Shown here: one piece after another, positions 48,484 through 56,841 of the stretch | Layout of the letters: the number at the start of each line of letters is the position of its first letter | How positions within the stretch are numbered: position 1 is the stretch's first letter | NCBI GenBank assembly: GCA_934433485.1 | Contig: CAKRZR010000004.1 | Coordinates: 68,913-132,912 of the forward strand | Length of the DNA stretch: 64,000 nucleotides | Direction of reading: 5' to 3' | From: an uncultured Eubacteriales bacterium | Lineage (GTDB): Bacteria > Bacillota > Clostridia > Oscillospirales > CAG-272 | Made by a program: the position numbers and the translations under genes | Notes under the pieces: generated by a model | What the model was told of the DNA's origin: nothing | Databases searched by the model: none | What the model saw: only the letters and a program-made list of their open reading frames with translations

Positions 48484-48927
48484 TTACCTCGATTCTTCCA
48501 ATGCTGTGCTAAGGGCAAGATCGTATTTCAATAAAAGATCGGTAAGCATTTGCAGCTTTTCTTTCCCCATAAGCTCTAATGCCCGTCTTTCCACCACATC
48601 CAATGACTGCAGAAAGGGAGCGGCGTATTCCCTCCCTTTTTCGGAAAGAACAAATACCTTTTCACGCCCTTTACCTCTTCCCGCGTCGTATTCCAAAATG
48701 CCGCTTTGCCGCATGGCGGTGATTGTATTATGGATGGTCTGCTTTGGTAAAATATAGCTGTCACAGATCTGTTTTTGCGTACAGAAACCGTATTCTCGGA
48801 TGGTGTAAAACACCAGCATCTCATGATAGCTGATAGAGTGCTCCGCTGACCACAAGGAGTAAATCCCTCTGCATTTGATAATTGCACAGTTGACGCTGTT
48901 GAGCAATTGTAGCGTTTCTTTTTCCAT
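48484..48927 (-). CDS. MarR family transcriptional regulator
   Basis: A winged HTH (QKQICDSYILPKQTIHNTITAMRQSGILEY); the start at 48927 follows a GGAGGGA RBS. Confidence 0.78.
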   Translation of the reverse strand: MEKETLQLLNSVNCAIIKCRGIYSLWSAEHSISYHEMLVFYTIREYGFCTQKQICDSYILPKQTIHNTITAMRQSGILEYDAGRGKGREKVFVLSEKGREYAAPFLQSLDVVERRALELMGKEKLQMLTDLLLKYDLALSTALEESR

Positions 48928-49033
48928 ACATCCCTCCAGGTCCCAAATGGGATTATAATAATATACGCATCCCATCGCATTGTGTCAATAGGTTTTCCGA
49001 AAAAAGATTTGAAACGGGTGTTGGCTCCTGTAA

Positions 49034-49447
49034 ATGGAGGAAATTTTAACGATACTGCAATATTTTAACGGTTCTATGCCCAAAACGGCTTGTATCAAAA
49101 TGGGTTTCCTTATCATTCTGGACGAAGCGACCGCCAACGTTGACCCGGAGAACGAAAAGGAACTGATGGAAGCCGTTGCCGAGCTTACGCACAATAAGAC
49201 GGTTATCATGATCGCTCACCGGCTCAAAACGGTACGAAATGCTGGCATGATCTTTGTTGTTGATCTCGGCAAGATCGTTCAGCAGGGCACGCATGACGAA
49301 CTGGTTGCTTTTGACGGACTCTGCCGCCGGTTTGTTGTCGATCGCAGGCAGCAGCGAAGAAAGTATAAAGCTCCACAATCTAAAAAGCTCGTATCATGTG
49401 TTGACGATACGAGCTTCTCCGTTTATTCTCTGTTTCCGGTAATGTAA
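49034..49447 (+). pseudogene. 3' remnant of an ABC exporter ATPase (only Walker B/D-loop/H-loop region)
   Basis: LIILDEATANVDPENEKELMEAVAELTHNKTVIMIAHRLKTV has no Walker A or signature motif upstream, so the 5' end is truncated. Confidence 0.6.
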
Positions 49448-50190
49448 TAGTCGCAATAAGCTCCGCCGTTTGCCAGCGTCTGCTTTCTGTGCAGCACACC
49501 ATGCTGGAGGGTAATCATTACTCCATCCAATTCACAAAACAGCGGCATCAGCTCGGAAACCCCCAGCTTTTCCGCATAGGCACAGATCGGGCAACGGGTG
49601 ATGCGGTAGTAGCAGGCTCCCTCATGAGGCTGCCCCACAAAGTCCACCTTAAATGAGGTTGGATACTGCTTTTCCTTTTCCGGCGTGTACCACTTGTAAT
49701 ATTTCACGACGCTCCTTTTGTTTTCCGCCTTGCCCTTATCTGTGTTCAGGTCGGTTTTTGCAAAATACCACTTGATATGATAAAGTGCTTGGCGCATCAT
49801 TTCCTGCACGAGCGTTGGGGGGATTTTCTTCTTGTTTGCAATGGCAGCCGCCGCCTGTATATCGCCGTATTTCTCAAAGGTGAATTTAAAAATCAACGCC
49901 ACAATCATGAACATGGCATGGACATATCCACAGCAAACCGTGCCGGTGAGATAGGCGACCCGAAACACTTTGACACATTTCTGTTGTTTAGGCTCGGTAC
50001 AGTGCTGCCTCAAGAGCTTCCACATCTGATAAAAGCCGATGTAGTAGAGCGCTGTTCCCAGCACGCCACAGATAATGCTGACCACCATACGCCATGTTGC
50101 CATATCAAGATACGCGACCTTGACCATTAAACCGATAGAATCCGCGCTTTGGCTTTTTCCAATTGCCGCAAACAAAAAGTCGCCGATCAC
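49423..50190 (-). CDS. Hypothetical protein: N-terminal membrane segments, C-terminal Cys-motif domain (ATC-hydrolase-like)
   Basis: YYRITRCPICAYAEKLGVSELMPLFCELDGV..GGAYCDYYI. The start is a non-ATG (GTG) with a weak RBS, so confidence is low. Confidence 0.4.
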   Translation of the reverse strand: MIGDFLFAAIGKSQSADSIGLMVKVAYLDMATWRMVVSIICGVLGTALYYIGFYQMWKLLRQHCTEPKQQKCVKVFRVAYLTGTVCCGYVHAMFMIVALIFKFTFEKYGDIQAAAAIANKKKIPPTLVQEMMRQALYHIKWYFAKTDLNTDKGKAENKRSVVKYYKWYTPEKEKQYPTSFKVDFVGQPHEGACYYRITRCPICAYAEKLGVSELMPLFCELDGVMITLQHGVLHRKQTLANGGAYCDYYITGNRE

Positions 50191-50384
50191 TTAGAGGAAA
50201 CACCCGATCATGCCCGCGATGAGTGCCCTTCTTTCCTTGCTCGTTTTCATCTTTTGCCTCCAAATCCGATTTTTACAATCTGTGTTGTCATCATTTTATT
50301 TTCTACTCTGCCGAGTAAGTGAAAAAAACGCCGGAAAGGTCAATTCCTGTAAACCATTCTGTATTCTGATTTTCCAACCAATCT

Positions 50385-51161
50385 TTATCCCAATGCCACA
50401 TCCAGCACCATCATCACACTGAATCCTACCGCAAAGAAAACCGTGCCGAGGTTTGAGTGTCGCCCCTGTGCCATTTCCGGGATCAGTTCTTCTACGACCA
50501 CATAGAGCATAGCACCGGCGGCGAAGCTCAAAAGGTATGGCAGTGCAGGAATAATGAGCTGTGCTGCAATCATCGTCAGTACTGCTCCGATAGGCTCTAC
50601 CACACCGGAAAGGACACCGCCGAAAAACGCCATGCTTTTCTTTTCTCCTTCAGCGCGGAGCGGCATTGAAATGATCGCTCCCTCCGGAAAATTCTGAATT
50701 GCGATTCCGAGCGACAGCGCAAACGCACCTGCCGCGGTGATCTGTGTGTTACCCGAAAGAAAGCCCGCATACATCACGCCGACTGCCATTCCTTCCGGAA
50801 TATTGTGCAGTGTGACCGCCAGCACCATCATGGTTGTGCGCCCCAGCTTGCTTTTCGGTCCTTCGGTCTGATCGCTGCCAATATGAAGATGCGGAATCAG
50901 ATGGTCAAGCGCCAGCAGAAACAATACGCCGATCCAAAAACCGAGAAAGGCAGGGAGAAATGAGAGCTTTCCCATATTCTCAGATTGCTCTATCGCAGGA
51001 ATCAGCAGGCTCCAGATAGAAGCCGCCACCATCACTCCGGCAGCAAAGCCGGTAAGTGAACGCTGTATCAAATCACCAGGCGACTTTTTCATAAAGAATA
51101 CGCATGCTGCGCCGAGTGTTGTGCCCAGAAAAGGGATCAGTATTCCCCAGAAAACAGATGT
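50385..51161 (-). CDS. zupT: ZIP-family divalent metal (zinc) transporter
   Basis: HNIPEGMAVG and QNFPEG are ZIP signature motifs; the start at 51161 follows a GAAAGG RBS. Confidence 0.8.
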   Translation of the reverse strand, partial: TSVFWGILIPFLGTTLGAACVFFMKKSPGDLIQRSLTGFAAGVMVAASIWSLLIPAIEQSENMGKLSFLPAFLGFWIGVLFLLALDHLIPHLHIGSDQTEGPKSKLGRTTMMVLAVTLHNIPEGMAVGVMYAGFLSGNTQITAAGAFALSLGIAIQNFPEGAIISMPLRAEGEKKSMAFFGGVLSGVVEPIGAVLTMIAAQLIIPALPYLLSFAAGAMLYVVVEELIPEMAQGRHSNLGTVFFAVGFSVMMVLDVALG

Positions 51162-51415
51162 CATTGTCTTATGCCTTTCAGATAGCTGCACTTTGCCTTT
51201 TTGAACAGTCCCGGACTGTCGGCTCCCACCGCACCGACATGGACAGTATCCTGGTGCATGATAAAAATATGGCGAATGGACTTCGGGGCAATTCCAAGCT
51301 ACCCCATTCTTTCGGCAAGGCGGTCGTAGTTATAACCCGCATCGATCATAATGGTCGTATCCCCCTTTCGGTAGAAAAAGATATTCCCAGCCATTCGCGC
51401 GCACAGGCGACACTT

Positions 51416-52196
51416 TCATCGATCCAGCCGGTATTCAGCGGCTTGGATATCTCCGTGCCGTGGTACAGCCGGCTCATTGCTTTTTTCTGAAACTCGGTTG
51501 CTTTCTTTGACATCTCTGTTCCTCCTTCGGTTTTTTCGTTCGGTGCTGCCGATGTGTGTCAGGCACGCGCCTCTGCGTGAACACCCGTAATCCGTGTCGA
51601 GACGGGTGATCCCGTACCAGAGGAACATATCGGTTCTTCCAAACAAAGAACGGTCGGTCTTTTTGCCGATCAGATCGTAGTCCTGGTTCTTCCAGCTGCG
51701 CCATGTTGCCTTGCCGTAAAGAATACGGTCGGCTACTTCAAGCGTCCGCCCGGTGACATTTGTGAAGAACTTCTTCCTCTTTGGTCCCGGATGCCCCATG
51801 ATCGCATAAAACAGACCTGTATAGAAGAAGCAATAAATATCCTTGCCCCCACTTGCTCTTGATGTTGGGATAATCCCGCAGCGCCATACCGTCGGCGATT
51901 GTTGTCGTGATCGTCAGACGCTCGTCCGAGAGAACCTGTATCAACACGCGGCATCCGTAGGAAATATCGTAAAGAATGTCGATCTTACCGGCGTAATGCG
52001 TCGCGATATAATCGGCGAGTCGTTTTGCTTCGTCCATCGGTGATACGAACTCCGTTTCCGGCTCGTCGGGGTTGAAGCCGTCGTAAGCAACAAGCACCAC
52101 ATGATAGACCATCGCCATTTCCTTCGCTGTCGGCAGCATACCGAGATAGCTCGTGCCGCCGCCGTGGAGCATGACCATAAGTTCAGGGTTCTCCAT
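51416..52196 (-). pseudogene. Alpha/beta hydrolase, frameshifted
   Basis: The N-terminal part MVMLHGGGTSYLGML..YDISYGCRV (51738-52196) continues in a second frame (51416-51799: ..FFTNVTGRTLEVADRILYG..). Small broken ORFs lie further downstream at 51200-51520. Confidence 0.5.
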
Positions 52197-52233
52197 GCCG
52201 AATTCACAAAAAATTCATAGCCTTGCTCCAATC

Positions 52234-53184
52234 TCATTTCTTCAGAATATCCGTTATCTTGGCAAAATCTTCGCGCGCCTCCTTGAAGTACGGTAGCATA
52301 CAGTAGCAATGCACCATTTTCGGTCTGGCAAAGGCTGTGTACGGAACGCCCGCGCGTTTACAGGCAGCTTCAAAGTCCGGCAGAGCACCGTAAAGCACCT
52401 CATCCGCCGAACAGAAGAAATGAATGTCACTAACACCAGAGAAATTTCCGCGCGAGCCGGAGATCATATAGTCCGGCACATCCTCCTGACCGTGACGCAT
52501 GAACTTTTCGACCGTTACCATAAATGCGTAGTCGATGGCAACATCCCTTGCATTCAGCGTCTGCATACGCGCTTTTTCTGCATCGTTCCACGGCACCTCA
52601 CCCGGAGAAACAGCAACAATATGCCTCGGTGGCGGCAAAGGCTGATCCTGCGCGTTGTTGTGTGCGGCAATGCCGAGTGCCAGTGCGCCGCCGGAGGAGA
52701 AGCCGCAGGTGCTGACATTCCCACCGCCGTACAGCCCGATCATTCTGCGGTAGCATTCATAGACCATGTCGTAGGTTTCGGTGATGCAATGCTCCATGCA
52801 GAGCGGATAAAACGGAAACCACACGTCGCACCCTGTCTCGTGGCAGAGCTTGCGCATCACGGGCAAGTCGCCCTTATCGGGTCCGATGACCATACCGCCG
52901 CCGAAAAAGTAAAGAATAGCGCGCTCCGATGGTTTTTCATTTTCACGGACGATCAGGCAAGGAAAACCGTTCACATGGATTGTCTCGTAGTGCGCCTTGC
53001 GGTCGGTAGGCGTAAATACGCCGCGATTGCGGTTCTGTTTTTCAATGACTTCCGCGATTTCATCATCCGGCAGTCCAAACGCCTTTTTCGCCCCGGAAAT
53101 CCTATATATTCCGCGCAATAAATGCGCAAAAGCGCTGATGCTCGTGTTCTCCGCGACAACACTGTTTTCCTTTGTTTCATCCAT
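52234..53184 (-). CDS. Alpha/beta hydrolase fold-3 esterase/lipase
   Basis: GGGMVIG is the oxyanion region and GFSSGG is the GxSxG nucleophile elbow. Confidence 0.78.
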   Translation of the reverse strand: MDETKENSVVAENTSISAFAHLLRGIYRISGAKKAFGLPDDEIAEVIEKQNRNRGVFTPTDRKAHYETIHVNGFPCLIVRENEKPSERAILYFFGGGMVIGPDKGDLPVMRKLCHETGCDVWFPFYPLCMEHCITETYDMVYECYRRMIGLYGGGNVSTCGFSSGGALALGIAAHNNAQDQPLPPPRHIVAVSPGEVPWNDAEKARMQTLNARDVAIDYAFMVTVEKFMRHGQEDVPDYMISGSRGNFSGVSDIHFFCSADEVLYGALPDFEAACKRAGVPYTAFARPKMVHCYCMLPYFKEAREDFAKITDILKK

Positions 53185-53818
53185 GTCACTTCTCCTTTTT
53201 CTATCTCTTTCTTGTTTATATTAATAGCGTTTGTAAGCCGCATCTCGGTTAGTTTTAACTAACCGCTGTGCTTTCAAAAAGCCGCTGATGCGGCTTTTCG
53301 TACGGATTGATCGAGTACTTTTTGGCTCTGCTGCGTAAAATATTATAGCACAGGAATGCCTGATTGTCAATTCGTCAGGGTATGTTTCTAAACCAAAATC
53401 CATGCAGGTTTTCTGCGCTCCTCTTGCAAAATGCGCGCAAATCTGACATAATATAGCTATGGATACTTTGAATGAATCGGTTTTTGCGATAAAAGGCCGA
53501 AATATAGAGGCTTTTGTCGCCAAACATAACGCAGAGTATTGTATTCCCCCGAAATCCAATACTGTCAAACCGTGACACTGCGACACAGGGATTTCACTCT
53601 CTGCCGCCCAATGCACTTCAGAACAGTTGAACAGAAGAGCTGTCGGTTCTTCAGGGTTTTCACTGTACTGTCCCTGCTTCTGTGCAGGTTGGTTAAACAA
53701 ACTTCTGAGGCAGCCAAGCGTGCCAAGAACTTTTTTCTGAAATCTGAACCTTTTATTGTTTGATTCCGACTATATATATGAAATTGATTTCAAAACCGTA
53801 TGCAAAGGAGGTGCTCAT

Positions 53819-54644
53819 GTGGATGCATTGGAAAAGCTGTTACAGGAAAATCTGATCCCGCTGCAGCGCTATGTACATTTTAAAATTCAAAACAGGCAGG
53901 ACGCGGAAGATATCATACAGGATGTATGCCTTACCGCCGCGCTGAAATTTGACACACTGCATCGTCCAGAAGCTTTCAAGGCGTGGCTGATCGGCATTGC
54001 CAGACACAAATGCCTGGATTATTACAGACGGAAAGCGGCGGAGCCGAATATCTCCCTGGACACACTGCCGGAATCCGCTTTGCGCGTATGGCTCGGAGTT
54101 GGATCGCCTGGTATTACGGAACGCAGCATGGTGCGTGACACGATGGATTCTCTCGGCGACAAGGAAAAGCAGATTTTATATCTGTTTTTCTTTTCGGAAT
54201 CTGTCGCAGAAAGACATTTCGCGCAAGCTTGGTATCCCCATTGGAGCCGCAAAAAGCTGCCTGCATTCCGCAAGAAATCAATTCCGCTCCATGTGTTCCC
54301 CCGAAAACATTCTGCTGCTTGAGAAAGGAAGAAAATCCATGCCAAGAAAAGACCATACGCACGGCTTCTCGTCTGTAATGCCTGCCGTATCCATCGAAAA
54401 ATCAACCGCGCCGTTTTTTGAGGTGCGATGCGAGGAGCAGTGGTTTAGTATCCCGCGCGTCGGCAATCAATGCGCGGAAGCGACATACCGCTATCCGGAT
54501 AAGAAGCTTGTTATCGTGCCCAATTGTTATGTGCCGAAATCCTGTCTGGTTCATGATGTGCCCGGTGTGAAAATCTGTTGCGACCATACATTGTCCGGCG
54601 TAAAAAGCTATATAAAAACGAAAAAATATGGTTTGTCCAGCTGA
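53819..54644 (+). pseudogene. ECF sigma factor interrupted by a frameshift in a T5CT4 run, with a Cys-rich C-terminal extension
   Basis: Region 2 (DAEDIIQDVCLTAALKFDTLHRPEAFKAWLIGIARHKCLDYYRRKA) is in frame 2. Region 4 (FRNLSQKDISRKLGIPIGAAKSCLHSARNQFRS) is in the +1 frame. The junction is at tttttcttttcgg (54185-54197). A GTG start at 53819 follows an AAAGGAGGTG RBS. Confidence 0.6.
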
Positions 54645-55120
54645 CAAACGAGTATATCCGTAATCTCGGAACGATCTTCGACGATGAAGGTTGTGACGAG
54701 CCGACACAGGTATCCATATTTCTGGAGGAAAGCTATGACGTGCTTGTCAACGGCAACGACCGCGTTTTCGGAATCCCCGTCCTTATAAAGGGAAACGCAG
54801 CGGAAGCATCCGGAAACGGCTATACAATCGCCGCAGAAAATGTCCGGTATACGCTCGGCGTATGGAATGTCACGATAGGAAGCCGCACGTTTGAAACGAT
54901 AAAATGTATCCTTACGCAGAACGATTCCTGTGAAGAAACCTATATCGACAGAAACGGCCGGGTGGTTCTGCTGCGTCAATACGAGTGGAGCGAGAATCTC
55001 GCCGCAAACGATTATTACTCCGACAGCGATCGAGATGCCATGCAGGAAAACGCCGTTATTTTCGTAAACGGGGATCCGTATATCCATACGGAAGACAGAA
55101 TCAGCGAATATGTGCTCTGA
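54578..55120 (+). CDS. Hypothetical protein
   Basis: A 180-aa ORF with no recognisable motifs. Confidence 0.4.
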   Translation: MRPYIVRRKKLYKNEKIWFVQLTNEYIRNLGTIFDDEGCDEPTQVSIFLEESYDVLVNGNDRVFGIPVLIKGNAAEASGNGYTIAAENVRYTLGVWNVTIGSRTFETIKCILTQNDSCEETYIDRNGRVVLLRQYEWSENLAANDYYSDSDRDAMQENAVIFVNGDPYIHTEDRISEYVL

Positions 55121-55149
55121 TCCCTGCGTATGCTGCGGAAAAAGCAAAA

Positions 55150-55190
55150 GCGACCGGGTTATCCGAAAAAGGATAGCCCGGTCGCTTCTT
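55150..55190 (+). terminator. Rho-independent terminator hairpin (15-bp stem)
   Basis: gcgaccgggttatcc gaaaaa ggatagcccggtcgc followed by ttctt. Confidence 0.55.
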
Positions 55191-55191
55191 A

Positions 55192-55830
55192 GTGCGCCTG
55201 GTGAGCGCACGTTCTCTAGGGTGAAAGACCCGAAGTCGCCCGGTAGCGGGAAGACATAGCCAAAGGCAAGGGTGTCCGTCGTGAGGCGGAATCTGAAGAA
55301 AGCCGGATTTCAGGGGTTAAAAGGTCTCCTGAAGGGCAAAACTCTGGCCTGACGAACAGAAATCGCATACAAGGCCGTAAATGAGGGTGAGTTTGCCAGA
55401 CAAAACAAAGCCCAGTAGCTACACGGAATCATCTACGGTAAATGCGGCAGGTAAAGAGGGAAAGAACGTGTGAGTACCCGGGGAGGTGTTGCCGACGCAA
55501 AAAAAATGCGCAGTAACAACGAACGGCAAGAAGTCAGCAGAGGCCATAGTACCGGAGTTTTTTTACCGGAAAGGGCCGAACAATCGTTAGCCCCAAATAG
55601 ATTACAGAAGGAGGTCAACATGAAGAACGCAGAAAATCAGGGCAACCTGAGCTGCCCGCAAAGAGCGAGTGCGGAACACGAAGGGTATGCGGGAGCGCAG
55701 AGTTACGAGTCTCTGCACTTATGCGATTGAACCGCCGTGTACCGAACGGTACGCACGGTGGTGTGAGAGGTCGGGGCTATTTTTGGTTCCTCCTACTCGA
55801 TCGCTGTTTTTGCGATCCCTCTATGAAACC
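55192..55830 (+). ncRNA. Candidate large structured RNA (~640 nt, ORF-free): group II intron-like (class C-like, ORF-less) ribozyme candidate
   Basis: It starts with GUGCGCC immediately 3' of a terminator hairpin. Near the 3' end, a domain-V-like hairpin (55732-55761) reads CCGCCGU-GUACC-GAAC-GGUAC-(GC bulge)-ACGGUGG, with a CGC triad, a 2-nt bulge on the 3' strand and a 4-nt loop (GAAC, not a canonical GNRA). There is no credible ORF on either strand, and it lies between convergent genes. Confidence 0.3.
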
Positions 55831-55840
55831 ACAATATGGG

Positions 55841-56635
55841 TTACCGCAGACCGTGTCTTGCCAAAACCTCCATAACGGCGGCAGGATGGTTGGTTGTGAT
55901 CAGCTCACCGCCGTTTTCATATCCATGGTGAATCTGTTCCTCTGTGACCGCGTTTGCACCGACCCAGGGATGGATGCCCTTTGCGCGTACCTCATCGTAT
56001 TGCGCCTTGCTGCAAATCGGATCCTCATGCCAGGTGGAACGACCGTTTTCGTCATAGGATGCATTGAACATGCAGATGCAGTAGAGCACATCCCGCGCGG
56101 CAGTGTTGCCCATGATCTGGTAGGGATAATAGCCATGCAGGCGGTATTTGTGCCCATAGGTTTTGTCGATCCAAAGCAGCAGCTCGCCTTCAAAGCTGTT
56201 GATGAACAGACGGTCCGCAAGACCGTATTCTTCAAAAAGCGCAATGGTTTTGGACGCGCTCTCCAGGGCAAATGCTTCGCCTTTGTCGTGGATGTAATCC
56301 TTAAACTCAAAATTGAACTGCATTTTGTCGTCGCGCCGGGTCAGCTCCAGAAACTCGCGGAAGGTTGGAATACGTGTTCCTTGAAACTTGGCATCTGTCC
56401 GGATACCGAAATCGAGCCGTTTCAGCTCTGATAACGTCATATCCGATACAAGACCATGTCCGTCAGAGGTGCGATCCACGGTGGGATCGTGGATGACAAC
56501 GATTTCTCCGTCCTTGGTCATATGTAGATCCAGTTCGATCATGTCCACGCCGAGCGCATAGGCGCTTTCAAAGGCGGGCATGGTGTTTTCCGGGAATCCT
56601 TCCACATTCCCGCGGTGCGCAGCTACTTCCATCAT
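55841..56635 (-). CDS. Glycerophosphodiester phosphodiesterase (GDPD family)
   Basis: MMEVAAHRGNVEGFPENTMPAF..IELDLHMTKDGEIVVIHD; the start at 56635 follows an AAAGGTG RBS. Confidence 0.82.
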   Translation of the reverse strand: MMEVAAHRGNVEGFPENTMPAFESAYALGVDMIELDLHMTKDGEIVVIHDPTVDRTSDGHGLVSDMTLSELKRLDFGIRTDAKFQGTRIPTFREFLELTRRDDKMQFNFEFKDYIHDKGEAFALESASKTIALFEEYGLADRLFINSFEGELLLWIDKTYGHKYRLHGYYPYQIMGNTAARDVLYCICMFNASYDENGRSTWHEDPICSKAQYDEVRAKGIHPWVGANAVTEEQIHHGYENGGELITTNHPAAVMEVLARHGLR

Positions 56636-56841
56636 GGTTTTCACCTTTTCGTATATATATGCCCGTTCTGTTTGACGGGTTTCTTGGAAACCTATTATGG
56701 GATATTGCAAGTAGAAAAGATCGTGTGGAGTGCAGATTATGCTTTTTTCCGGCGAATCCTCTTGCATTCCGGTGGGATTTGTGGTATACTTTTGTCCGAT
56801 GAGCGCAAATACAATATATGCAGAATGAAATACGGTCCCGC

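Noticed and set aside
51104-51490. 128-aa plus-strand ORF overlapping the zupT 5' end
   Set aside because: It is antisense to the zupT start and to the pseudogene debris, and has no support.
53221-53700. 159-aa minus-strand ORF in the esterase/sigma intergenic region
   Set aside because: It has no RBS, low-complexity composition and overlaps hairpin-rich non-coding DNA.
55192-55830. Considered RNase P RNA because of GGGTGAAAGACCC, ACAGAAATCGC and CGGTAAATG-like strings
   Set aside because: The order and spacing of the motifs do not match P4/P10-12 topology on either strand, and AGGAAAGUCC(G)GGCUCC is absent. It is kept only as a generic structured-RNA/group II-like candidate.
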